From: a virus
DNA: 64,000 bases
Virus record (IMG/VR): IMGVR_UViG_3300035664_000006
Coordinates: 31,884 to 95,883 of that record
Direction: 5' to 3' (one strand)
Part shown: positions 1 to 9,095 of the stretch, in pieces
Numbering within the stretch: position 1 is the stretch's first letter
Layout: every line of letters starts with the position of its first letter
The notes under the pieces: model-generated
What the model was told of the DNA's origin: nothing
Databases searched by the model: none
Seen by the model: only the letters and a program-made list of their open reading frames with translations
Made by a program: the position numbers and the translations under genes

Positions 1-185
1 TTTATAGATCCTTTTGTATGACTAGAATCGGGTCTTTCACGAGTTGACCATTTTACATTACACTCTACGTGATCTACGTAATAAGAAGTACCCTTTGTTG
101 TTATTATCCACATCGGTATACTACTATCTTCTAAATGTTTTTTATTAAAATGAAATAATAAATCATCACACGCTAATTCTATCAT
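1..185 (-). CDS. hypothetical protein, runs off window edge
   Basis: Read by hand: AAGGA RBS, ATG at 185, open frame MIELACDDLLFHFNKKHLED... Confidence 0.65.
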   Translation of the reverse strand, partial: MIELACDDLLFHFNKKHLEDSSIPMWIITTKGTSYYVDHVECNVKWSTRERPDSSHTKGSI

Positions 186-309
186 AATTTTTCCTTGATT
201 AATTTTTGGCATAAAAAAACCCAAGCTATCTTGATTTCTCAAGACAGTACTTGGGTAAAAAAAGGAGTTTTTTAAATTTTTAAAAAATCTTGTAATCTAC
301 AACATGGTA

Positions 310-696
310 TTAGATCAAAGATTTATATAATGAACCAGACAATTGGAAGTTTGATTTCCAATTCCATTCATCCAACACTAATTGATTAAAAGTAGTGTCA
401 TCTAACTCGATAACATCTTCGATACTCAATTCGAGCATTCTGATAGCACGGGTATAGCTTTGTTCATACGAATTGGGAACTGCTGGCAAGTTTTTAACTT
501 TTGCAATGCTATCTAATTCACCGGTATTAACCAGTTTCAAGTTATTTTTAGTGATAACTACCACTGCTTTTTTAAAATCTTCGACAGATTCGATATATTC
601 AGCAATGTGTTTTTCTTTGTTTTCACGAACTACTGCTAGTAATTCTTCTCTTTTGATTTTTACTGTTTTCATAACGTTATTTTCGATGTTTCTCAT
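310..696 (-). CDS. hypothetical phage protein
   Basis: 128-aa ORF followed by a terminator-like hairpin with U-tract at about 213-256. Confidence 0.7.
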   Translation of the reverse strand: MRNIENNVMKTVKIKREELLAVVRENKEKHIAEYIESVEDFKKAVVVITKNNLKLVNTGELDSIAKVKNLPAVPNSYEQSYTRAIRMLELSIEDVIELDDTTFNQLVLDEWNWKSNFQLSGSLYKSLI

Positions 697-711
697 AATA
701 AACTGTATTAT

Positions 712-786
712 TGGTGCGCTTGATGGGATTCGAACCCATTATCGTAAGTTTTAGAGGCTTTTGCTATACCGAGCAGCTTCAAGCGC
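712..786 (-). tRNA. tRNA with CUA anticodon (amber-suppressor type)
   Basis: Cloverleaf: acceptor GCGCTTG/CAAGCGC + ACCA, T arm ATGGG-TTCGAAT-CCCAT, anticodon loop CT-CTA-AA; anticodon stem has two mismatches; TTGACA-N17-TATACT promoter upstream. Confidence 0.8.
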
Positions 787-980
787 GTAATTATAAAGAT
801 AGTAGGGATTTCTCCCTACTAGGTATAGTATATCATTCAGATCGTTGTCTGTCAAGTATTACTTTATTATTCACCTTACATCACGCCATCCAGTGCGAGA
901 TTTTGCGGTTCAATCGGATAAATTAATACTTGAAAACATTCTAAAGGTTACAAAGTATATAAAAACTAATAAATAAAAGT

Positions 981-1643
981 ATGATAAACATAATTTATAA
1001 ACTTGTAAATAGACGTAAAGCGAACAACAATGAATACCCATGTTATTATATAGGAAGTAAAATGGGGTATATTCCTGGTAAATATTGGGGTTCATCAAGG
1101 AACCCAATATTATTGCAAGAGTTAAAAGACAACATTTCTGATTTTGAAATAGAAATATTAGAATATGTTGACGACCCCCAAAAGTTAACTACAAGAGAAT
1201 TACATTATCATCAAACATATAATGTGGTATATGATGATGCATATTATAATTTACAATTAGCTGGTATAAAATTTTCAAGTGTTGGGTTTGTATGGTGTCA
1301 TGACCCAATATCATTGGTTAAAGCATATATGCCAAAACATAAAATCCCAAATGGATGGGAAATAGGTAAAACACCACAAGCAAAAATAAAAGCTGAATCA
1401 CGCACAGGGTATAAACGTGGTGATGCACAATTAAAAACACACCTTTCAAATGCAGTGACGAGATTAGAATGGATATTAAAAGATCCTGATGGGAATATAC
1501 ACATTGTTGATAAATTGCATAAATTTTGTGAAGAAAATAATGTATCATCAAGACTTCGACTTGTTAATCATATTGGAAAACCAATTAAGAAAGGAAAAAG
1601 TAAAGGATGGTGTGTTATTGAAGTAAGAGATACCAAGGGGTGA
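981..1643 (+). CDS. GIY-YIG (Seg-like) homing endonuclease
   Basis: IIYKL...YYIGSK...YWGSS N-terminus; TAAATA late promoter just upstream. Confidence 0.8.
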   Translation: MINIIYKLVNRRKANNNEYPCYYIGSKMGYIPGKYWGSSRNPILLQELKDNISDFEIEILEYVDDPQKLTTRELHYHQTYNVVYDDAYYNLQLAGIKFSSVGFVWCHDPISLVKAYMPKHKIPNGWEIGKTPQAKIKAESRTGYKRGDAQLKTHLSNAVTRLEWILKDPDGNIHIVDKLHKFCEENNVSSRLRLVNHIGKPIKKGKSKGWCVIEVRDTKG

Positions 1644-1649
1644 CCCCCT

Positions 1650-1990
1650 TGGTAGGCGATTTTGTAACAAGGAGCCACCCCCGGAACTCGCTGGATATTA
1701 AGCAGCGATAGCATCAAAGATGCCATCTACAGTGTAGAATTCAAATTTTGTATTTGCTTTTGCATTTACTTTAAATGCTTGATTTACGGTCATCGCCTAC
1801 CGATTCTCCAATGTTCTTTTATCCAGCAATCGAATCTAAGTCAGGCCCATTATAAAACATATTAGCACTTCCCTTTTAAGGGGCAGGAAGTTTATGGCTA
1901 TGGCCCCACTCTGATACCTCTAATATGTTTTATGGTGGACCTGGCGATGTTCTGCCCATCGCGTCTTACCAAACTATTACAACATCTTCA
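1650..1990 (-). ncRNA. ssrA: circularly permuted two-piece tmRNA
   Basis: Acceptor piece ends CAGGTCCACCA (1933); intervening hairpin; coding piece starts GGGCCTG..GATTCGA (1848); G3-U70 pair; tag AKANTKFEFYTVDGIFDAIAA* at 1763-1698; sigma70 promoter at 2013-2040. Confidence 0.9.
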
Positions 1991-2049
1991 ACGAATTCTT
2001 TAATTAATGTGTATTATAGCACATAAAAACTGTTTGTCAATAATAAAAG

Positions 2050-2128
2050 ATAAATAAAGATGTAGTTCGCGGAACGGGAATTCCCAACTACTTTAATACT
2101 TTCAAGGAGTATCAACATGAATATTTAT
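2050..2128 (+). promoter_or_regulatory. conserved endonuclease leader element, copy 1
   Basis: ATAAATA..GTAGTTCGCGGAA-N6-TTCCCAACTAC..ATACT-N7-AGTATCAAC-ATG..TATTTAT. Confidence 0.85.
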
Positions 2129-2791
2129 ACAATCTATAAATCTACAAATACATTTAATAATAAAACATATATAGGATTCACAACGGATTTCAATAAACGT
2201 AAATCCGAACATAGGTATAGATTCAAAACTGGTTCTACTAAATTTTATAACGCCATAAAAAAGTACGGCTGGCAGTCATTTGCATGGGAAATTATATATC
2301 AATCATCAGAGTATGAATACACAAAAAATGTAATGGAAACATATTTTATTAATGAATACGATTCATATGTAAATGGGTATAACTCAACTAAAGGCGGTGA
2401 CGGTATAGACTCGGAATCTGCACGGTTATTTCAACAAGATATGATTAAAAATAACACTCATATTTTTCAAGGTGACAAAAACCCAACGTACTCAAGAATA
2501 CTAAATGGAACTCATAATTTTTTAAATAATAATTTTCAACGGAATATTTCTAATAATAGAGTTAAAAATAATACACATAATTTTCAAGGAGCCCGTAATC
2601 CATCCCATCAGAGATTAATTGATGGAACACATAATTTATTAGGAGGTGAAATACAACGTAAATCATCTATAAAAAGATTACAAGATGGAACACATAATTT
2701 TATAATTCAATATACTTGCCCGTACTGTGGTAAAATTGGAAAAGGTCCTAACATGAAACGATATCACTTTGATAAGTGTAAACTGAAATAG
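2117..2791 (+). CDS. GIY-YIG homing endonuclease with C-terminal CxxC..HxxxC motif
   Basis: TIYKS..TYIGFT, GYNSTKGG, HNF repeats, CPYC..YHFDKC. Confidence 0.85.
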   Translation: MNIYTIYKSTNTFNNKTYIGFTTDFNKRKSEHRYRFKTGSTKFYNAIKKYGWQSFAWEIIYQSSEYEYTKNVMETYFINEYDSYVNGYNSTKGGDGIDSESARLFQQDMIKNNTHIFQGDKNPTYSRILNGTHNFLNNNFQRNISNNRVKNNTHNFQGARNPSHQRLIDGTHNLLGGEIQRKSSIKRLQDGTHNFIIQYTCPYCGKIGKGPNMKRYHFDKCKLK

Positions 2792-2799
2792 TTATCATA

Positions 2800-2990
2800 T
2801 GTGACCTGTATTTAATTTTGTCTATACCGCACACCCTTGCGACTTCAGCCTGTTAAGGTAGAGCTACTAAATAGAACTCTATGACTTCTATACTTTCACA
2901 TAGATAAATTAAATATCTAACTATGGTTCAATAATGGCGTACCACTCCTAATCGTTTGTACTATGTACCGGATTTAAGTTAGAATATTTA
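2800..2990 (-). ncRNA. candidate structured non-coding RNA
   Basis: TTGACA-N16-TATAAT promoter (3021-2994) with no ORF downstream; nested stems including a UACG tetraloop. Confidence 0.4.
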
Positions 2991-3024
2991 CTTATTATAG
3001 CATATTTATATGAGATGTCAAGAA

Positions 3025-3093
3025 CTATTTTCTTTTTACACGTGGTTTAATTCTTGGTTTACCGGTTAATGAGTTGTTTCTGCTTCTAGCCAT
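3025..3093 (-). CDS. 22-aa basic peptide MARSRNNSLTGKPRIKPRVKRK
   Basis: GAGGT RBS and a TTGACA..TATAAT promoter upstream. Confidence 0.55.
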   Translation of the reverse strand: MARSRNNSLTGKPRIKPRVKRK

Positions 3094-3182
3094 TGTAAAT
3101 ACCTCGTTTGTTAGTGATGGGGCTATTATACCTCAATTTCAGATGTTGTCAAGAACTTCTAAAAGAATAAATACTACTATTA

Positions 3183-3632
3183 ATGGAGAAGTTTGTGGAT
3201 ATAGGAATACCAAATTTTGATTTTTTTAGTCTTGTGCAACAATGTGGGTTTCCTATTGCATTAGCTGTGGTATGTGGATGGTTTGTTATGCAAGCAATCC
3301 AGTTAGTACTTGGGTCTGTTGTAAAATCCATTAAGAAGATGACATTTTTAATTAAATCAATGGATGGACGTGTGAAACAGATGAATGTTGATATTATTGA
3401 GATTGATAAATTGATTTCACAAGCATTGAATGTTCAATCATTGCCAGAAAAAATACATCATGAAGTAGCTGCAGTTATGAATAGTCATGATGTGAAACAA
3501 CCGATACCAACTAAACCAGTGCCTGATAATCCTAAAAAATCAATCCGTGAGAAATTTAAAAATGCGGTTGATAATGTGATTGATAAAAATGTTGATTCAA
3601 TCGTAGAAAAAGTAGAAGGAATTACAAAATGA
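3183..3632 (+). CDS. small membrane protein (GFPI motif, YvrJ/holin-like), paralogue 1
   Basis: One TM helix plus coiled coil; similar to the next two ORFs. Confidence 0.6.
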   Translation: MEKFVDIGIPNFDFFSLVQQCGFPIALAVVCGWFVMQAIQLVLGSVVKSIKKMTFLIKSMDGRVKQMNVDIIEIDKLISQALNVQSLPEKIHHEVAAVMNSHDVKQPIPTKPVPDNPKKSIREKFKNAVDNVIDKNVDSIVEKVEGITK

Positions 3633-3910
3633 GCCCAGAATATATAAAATTTTTTTCTGATACAATAACCCCGATTCTTGGTAGTTGTGTGTTAGGTGCG
3701 TTTATATTCACTGCATTAAAATTTGTACTTGGTGATGTAATTACATCTGTTAGGACATTTGCTAGTATAGTTACTGCATTGGAGAACAGAGTAAGAATAA
3801 CATCTAATGAATTGATTAAAATTGATGTTACAGTTTCTGCAAAACTGGGATTACGCCCTGATTTGGACAGAATTGCGAGATCAGTTAGAGATGATTGTAG
3901 GAGAGATTAA
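3629..3910 (+). CDS. small membrane protein, paralogue 2
   Basis: TM helix plus coiled coil; ATGA overlap. Confidence 0.6.
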   Translation: MSPEYIKFFSDTITPILGSCVLGAFIFTALKFVLGDVITSVRTFASIVTALENRVRITSNELIKIDVTVSAKLGLRPDLDRIARSVRDDCRRD

Positions 3911-4168
3911 ATGGATATAACACAAATAGCAGATATTATAAATCGTTATGGATTTCCAATAATTGCCGCAGGATATATGTTGAAAATGGTGAAATATGTT
4001 TGGGATTTTACAATAAATGAGATTAATCCGGTACTGGTAGATGCAAATAAAGAATTAATTTCACTAATTGATAAAATTCGTCTAGTTGATGCGGATTGCC
4101 TTCGAATTACTGCAAAATTGAATACAGTTCTTCAAATGCGAGAAAGTGAACAAAAAAATGATAAATAA
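3911..4168 (+). CDS. small membrane protein (GFPI motif), paralogue 3
   Basis: YGFPIIAAG motif. Confidence 0.6.
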   Translation: MDITQIADIINRYGFPIIAAGYMLKMVKYVWDFTINEINPVLVDANKELISLIDKIRLVDADCLRITAKLNTVLQMRESEQKNDK

Positions 4169-4239
4169 GAATGTAGTTCGCGGAATGGGGATTCCCAACT
4201 ACTTTAATACTTTCAAGGAGTATCAACATGAATATTTAT
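4161..4239 (+). promoter_or_regulatory. conserved endonuclease leader element, copy 2
   Basis: Near-identical to 2050-2128. Confidence 0.85.
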
Positions 4240-5211
4240 CAACATCAATGTGTGTTTGCTGATAATTTAGCAACACAACACTATTATTCTATAATAGAAA
4301 ATGCAATTCAACAACCTCGTAAAAAATATAGAAAAACAAACCCTCTATATCAATATTACGAAGAGCATCACGTACTGCCAAAATCAATATTTCCAGAATA
4401 TAAAAAATCATTATGGAACAAAGTTTTATTGACAGCAGAAGAACATTATAATTGTCATAAATTATTACTAGAAATGACAGATGGTAAAAATAGATCAAAA
4501 ATGGTTTGTGCATTATGGTATATGACATCTGCAAGAACACTAGACATGCATAGAAAAATACAGTCTGGTGAAGAATTTGAACAAGCAAAAATAAATTGGT
4601 CTGAATATATGTCAGAATTAAAATTAGGTAAAAAATGTTCTCAGGAAACAAAAGATAAAATATCCGCTTCTAATAAAGGTCGAAAACCATCTGCAGCTGC
4701 AATAGAAGCAGTAATAAAATATAATACTGGAAGAAAGAGATGCCCGATTTCTGTTGAGAAATCAAGATTGGCACAACTTGGTAATACTAATGTAAAAGGA
4801 AGAAAATGTTGGACGAACGGTATAGAAGATACATTTTCAAACGACTGCCCTGGTGAAGGATGGCATATAGGAAAAACGTATAAGCACTCTGAACTCACCA
4901 AACGAAAAATTGGAGAAGCCGGTAAAGGTAGAGTGATATCTGATGAAACAAGAAAGAAGATGAGTGAAAAAAGTAAAGGTATTAAAAAGGCTGATGATTT
5001 TGGTGCTAAAATAAGTATAGCCAAAAAAGGAAAGAAAACAAACCAACAAGAAATAATGGGGAGAAAATATGCTTCAATGAATGATGAAGAATTTAATTCT
5101 TATATTTCTAAAATGAAATCATTATTAGCAAAAAACAGAGCAACTAATCTTCGTACAAAATGGATAAATATTGTAGAAGACCTTAATAGGGACAGTAATG
5201 AGAGTAAGTGA
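4228..5211 (+). CDS. HNH homing endonuclease with NUMOD3-like repeats
   Basis: EEHHVLPKS..LTAEEHYNCHKLL; SxETKxKIS repeats. Confidence 0.8.
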   Translation: MNIYQHQCVFADNLATQHYYSIIENAIQQPRKKYRKTNPLYQYYEEHHVLPKSIFPEYKKSLWNKVLLTAEEHYNCHKLLLEMTDGKNRSKMVCALWYMTSARTLDMHRKIQSGEEFEQAKINWSEYMSELKLGKKCSQETKDKISASNKGRKPSAAAIEAVIKYNTGRKRCPISVEKSRLAQLGNTNVKGRKCWTNGIEDTFSNDCPGEGWHIGKTYKHSELTKRKIGEAGKGRVISDETRKKMSEKSKGIKKADDFGAKISIAKKGKKTNQQEIMGRKYASMNDEEFNSYISKMKSLLAKNRATNLRTKWINIVEDLNRDSNESK

Positions 5212-5494
5212 ATTTATAAATGAAGATTGGCAAAAAGTAAATAAAAAAGATAAAACTGACGGCATGAGTAAAAAGGCAGTTAGCACATATCGTAATGAAC
5301 ATCCAGGTTCAAAATTACAAACAGCGGTTACTACAAAACCTAGTAAGTTGAAGAAAGATAGTAAAGATGCTAACAGGCGTAAAAGTTTTTGTGCAAGAAT
5401 GGGTGGAATGAAAAAAGCAAATGCCAGTGCTGAAACAAAGAGAGACCCTGATAGTCCAATCAATAAAGCATTGCGTAGATGGAATTGTGAATAA
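5198..5494 (+). CDS. conserved phage protein, putative internal head protein
   Basis: RRKSFCARMGG..ALRRWNC; N-terminus MRVSEFINE. Confidence 0.65.
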   Translation: MRVSEFINEDWQKVNKKDKTDGMSKKAVSTYRNEHPGSKLQTAVTTKPSKLKKDSKDANRRKSFCARMGGMKKANASAETKRDPDSPINKALRRWNCE

Positions 5495-5883
5495 TGAAAG
5501 TGAGTGAAGTAATTTCTGATAAAACCTCAGATATGGCTATAAATGAATTAGTAAGATATGTTAATGAAAAGTGGAATAAAGTTGGCTTACAGGTTGATTT
5601 TGGCACACATTTTGGTCAACGGATAAATGACGAACGTAATAATCCACCGATTGACGTTAATGAAGTTGCTAAATTATTTGACAAATTATTTGTCAATGCG
5701 GGTAAAGCAATTTCAAAATTGCCGATTGGATTTAAATCAGTGATGAATGACCCAGATACACATATCAATGTTATGTTTAAGATAGTAGAAGCAGGTGGAC
5801 ATAAAGTAGTTATGTTAACTTCTATTATTAGAAAATCTAAATTTAGATCAGATACAAAAGTATTTAGAGAAGAATTGCCGTAG
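5494..5883 (+). CDS. hypothetical protein, putative internal head protein
   Basis: N-terminus MKVSEVISD; coupled to the previous gene. Confidence 0.6.
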   Translation: MKVSEVISDKTSDMAINELVRYVNEKWNKVGLQVDFGTHFGQRINDERNNPPIDVNEVAKLFDKLFVNAGKAISKLPIGFKSVMNDPDTHINVMFKIVEAGGHKVVMLTSIIRKSKFRSDTKVFREELP

Positions 5884-5966
5884 GACCGTGACTTTGTTAC
5901 GAAGGCGATAGGTAGCTACTACCTTTGGAACGCTGAATCGCTACCAGCGTTCCATAAAGTGTAGTG

Positions 5967-6125
5967 TTATATTTTCAAATGTGTTTTACATTTAGCTGCT
6001 AGTGCATCCCAAACGTATATTATACATATTTCTACAAAGCTTATGATGGATACACCTAAAATTATTAATAAAAGGAATATTGAACATAGTATTGATAATG
6101 GGGTAAAGCTTCTTCTGGTTCTCAT
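5967..6125 (-). CDS. small membrane protein
   Basis: AGGA RBS after the cyclase stop; hydrophobic helix. Confidence 0.4.
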   Translation of the reverse strand: MRTRRSFTPLSILCSIFLLLIILGVSIISFVEICIIYVWDALAAKCKTHLKI

Positions 6126-6133
6126 AATGTATC

Positions 6134-8191
6134 CTACTTGGTTGTAGCTCTGTAAATTCCATCCCATGAAAGTGGTAATTTAGTTTTTTTCATTTGTTCA
6201 CATCTTTCAATCCATAACTCGTAGCTATGTTCCATTTGGCCATCAAATTCACTCATTAATTCTTTAGACATTTTAATAGCTTGGTCAAACTGTTGAGAAC
6301 GATATGCTAATAACATGAAGTTATGTTTTGTTCTTGCTTCTTCGTATGAATCCAAATTTACATTATCGGTTAACAGTGGTGTATAAATTTGTAATCCAAC
6401 TGTTTTACCTTTCACTGCAATATTATCAAGTTCTAATGTAAAAATTTCATCTTTAACTAACGCATTTGTATTAGGTCCAATAATAAGTAATACACCATAA
6501 GATTTAGTTTGACCTTCTAATCTAGCAGCAGTGCTAACTGAATCACCTAACACATCGTATCCAAATTTATCTTTAGAACCAATATTACCAATTAGTGTTT
6601 CACCGGTATTAACCCCAGCCCCCATACCAACTGGTGGACGGCCACTAGCAGTAAGTTCAATATTGAAATCTTCGATTGCTTTAATCATTTGTTGAGCAGT
6701 TTTAACTGCAGTTACGGCATGATTAGGATCATCTAATGGCGCACCGTGAACATGTAAACTTGCATCGCCGATGAATTTAATCAATGTACCGTCATTCTTT
6801 AATACTGGTACACTCAACGCAGTCATATAATCATTCATGATTTGTGTAAGACCTTCTACATCATCACCGAACGATTCTCCTAGGGTTGTAAATCCACGTA
6901 AATCTGTCATGACAATTGAAAGTTCTTTACGTTCTCCACCTAGTTTAATAAGTTCTGGGTTCTTTTGTAATTTTTCTACGATAGTAGGGTTAACATATGA
7001 GCCAAATTGTTTTTTAATCTGCATTTTTTGTAAGAACTCACTTACAAATTTCACACCATATGCATGTAATGCAACTAGTATAATACCACTTACAAATGCA
7101 GTAATATCAAACAAGTACAAGTATTCGCTAAACACATATTGGCTACCAAACACTGATCCAACGGTTAATACAACAACGGCACCTAACCCAACATAAATCC
7201 ATCTAGTTAAGAATAATAGCAGAATGCCGATGACTAGTAAAGATAAGATTTCAACGCCATCTGCATAATCTGGACGTTGTATTACTACGTTATTCATTAT
7301 AGTACCAATAACTGCTGCTTGTGCTTCATGTGGGAATACCGAACCTTTTGCAGTTGGAATAGGATTACCGATACCTGCAGCAGTCGGGCCAACGATAACT
7401 ATTGAACCGTTGAGATCATCAGGTATATTAGATAAACTTATACTGGTTGACGATTGGCTCCAATCTATCCAAACACGACCTAGTGGATCAGTCGTAATTG
7501 GACCGAACTTTGGAATTCTCATTTTCTCAACACCAAATTCATTTAGTTTTACTTGAAAAGTTGAATCACCACTCGATGCTAACGCAACTGTTTCTAAACT
7601 TAATGATGGATATAGTTTATCACCAACTGAAACTACTAATGGCATCCTGCGATTAACACCATCAATTTCGGGTAGTGTATTAACTGTACCAACCCCGGCT
7701 ACAGATTCTTCTATGACTGGAATATTAGCAATAATACCTGGATATTGAATGACACGATCAATAAATTCTGGTCCTAATACTACTGACCCTGTGATTTTAG
7801 GTGTATTTTTAGAAAGATCAGCCGGGATATTAGGGAGAATAACAGGATAACTTGATAAGGCATTCGCGAATGCCTTATCACCACCTTGGCGATCAGTTTC
7901 TGGCATTAGGACATTGAATACCACTAATCCGGCATTATGCTCATACAGGTTTTGGATTATATCTGCATAGATGGTTCTCTTGAATGGCCATTGACCATAC
8001 TTGTCTAACGATGACTCGTCTATATTAATTGTATAGATTGAATTTTCAGTGGTTGGCTTTGATGTAATTAACGTATCAAAATATCGTAATCTTATACTTT
8101 CTATAAATGATGGATCGGATACCCGTACACCAACAATTAAAAATAACGTTAATAATGCAGTCCATGGACTTAAAAGAATTTTTTTAATCAT
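6134..8191 (-). CDS. CHASE2-domain class III adenylate/guanylate cyclase
   Basis: GQWPFKR CHASE2 motif, three TM helices, TDLRGFT..KFIGDA..GDSVSTAARLEG catalytic motifs. Confidence 0.92.
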   Translation of the reverse strand: MIKKILLSPWTALLTLFLIVGVRVSDPSFIESIRLRYFDTLITSKPTTENSIYTINIDESSLDKYGQWPFKRTIYADIIQNLYEHNAGLVVFNVLMPETDRQGGDKAFANALSSYPVILPNIPADLSKNTPKITGSVVLGPEFIDRVIQYPGIIANIPVIEESVAGVGTVNTLPEIDGVNRRMPLVVSVGDKLYPSLSLETVALASSGDSTFQVKLNEFGVEKMRIPKFGPITTDPLGRVWIDWSQSSTSISLSNIPDDLNGSIVIVGPTAAGIGNPIPTAKGSVFPHEAQAAVIGTIMNNVVIQRPDYADGVEILSLLVIGILLLFLTRWIYVGLGAVVVLTVGSVFGSQYVFSEYLYLFDITAFVSGIILVALHAYGVKFVSEFLQKMQIKKQFGSYVNPTIVEKLQKNPELIKLGGERKELSIVMTDLRGFTTLGESFGDDVEGLTQIMNDYMTALSVPVLKNDGTLIKFIGDASLHVHGAPLDDPNHAVTAVKTAQQMIKAIEDFNIELTASGRPPVGMGAGVNTGETLIGNIGSKDKFGYDVLGDSVSTAARLEGQTKSYGVLLIIGPNTNALVKDEIFTLELDNIAVKGKTVGLQIYTPLLTDNVNLDSYEEARTKHNFMLLAYRSQQFDQAIKMSKELMSEFDGQMEHSYELWIERCEQMKKTKLPLSWDGIYRATTK

Positions 8192-9063
8192 GATATTTTA
8201 TCTATAATAAATGATGATATTGCATCAGCAACATTGGTATTGCAATACTTGTCAAACCCACTAAATCCTGGATTTGAATTAGCTTCACATACTCTAAACC
8301 CTCGATCATCAAAAAGCAGATCAATCCCTGCAATCGTAAGATTTAATACTTCAGCCGTTTTAAGTGCTATTTCTTCAATTTCAGATGATACGGGAAATGA
8401 TTCACCAGTACCACCATTGGTTATATTAGCTCTGAAGTCATCTTCCGGTGCAGTTCGTTTCATTGCACCTAATACTTTACCACCTACTACAAATACTCTT
8501 AAATCTTCACCGGGTCTATGTGCTAGATATTCTTGGGCAATAAGAGTTTTTTCATTATGTACAGCATCTACAAATTCAATAAATTTTATATATTCTTGTT
8601 TAGTTTTACAAAGATAAACACCTTCGCCGAAGCTACCAACTACTACCTTTACTACACATGGAAATCCGATAGTTTTTTCAACTAAATCTGATCTTGAGGT
8701 AGATTTAACTATCATGGTATGTGGAACTGCGATGCCAGCATTCGCTAATATTTCACTTGATTGGAATTTATCTTGTACTAAGTTAATACTTTCACTACCA
8801 TTATAACACGGAATTCCTTCTAATTCAAAGTATCTAATTACAGATAATTCAGCACGTGATATTCCTGCACCAAGTCGTACTAATACTGCTCTTGGTCTAG
8901 CTAATCGTTCCCCATCATAAAATATTCCATGATTTAGAATAACATCGAATTTATTGAAGTAGCACACTCTGATATGAACATCCTTATCTGCAAAACTTTG
9001 TATAAGTTTTGAGGTTTCATAGTCAAATTCTTTTCTTTGTTTGGTTAAAATTAAAACGGTCAT
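8188..9063 (-). CDS. rimK: RimK-family ATP-grasp alpha-L-glutamate ligase
   Basis: DKF, GSFGEGV, QEY, DLRVFVVGG, FRANITNGG, EANSNPG. Confidence 0.88.
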   Translation of the reverse strand: MTVLILTKQRKEFDYETSKLIQSFADKDVHIRVCYFNKFDVILNHGIFYDGERLARPRAVLVRLGAGISRAELSVIRYFELEGIPCYNGSESINLVQDKFQSSEILANAGIAVPHTMIVKSTSRSDLVEKTIGFPCVVKVVVGSFGEGVYLCKTKQEYIKFIEFVDAVHNEKTLIAQEYLAHRPGEDLRVFVVGGKVLGAMKRTAPEDDFRANITNGGTGESFPVSSEIEEIALKTAEVLNLTIAGIDLLFDDRGFRVCEANSNPGFSGFDKYCNTNVADAISSFIIDKIS

Positions 9064-9095
9064 AATACCTTAAATATGTTTCAATTATTTATCGG

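Noticed and set aside
712-786. tRNA-Arg(UCU) reading
   Set aside because: Requires C33 and destroys the anticodon stem; the AAG/CTT pairing centres the loop on CUA.
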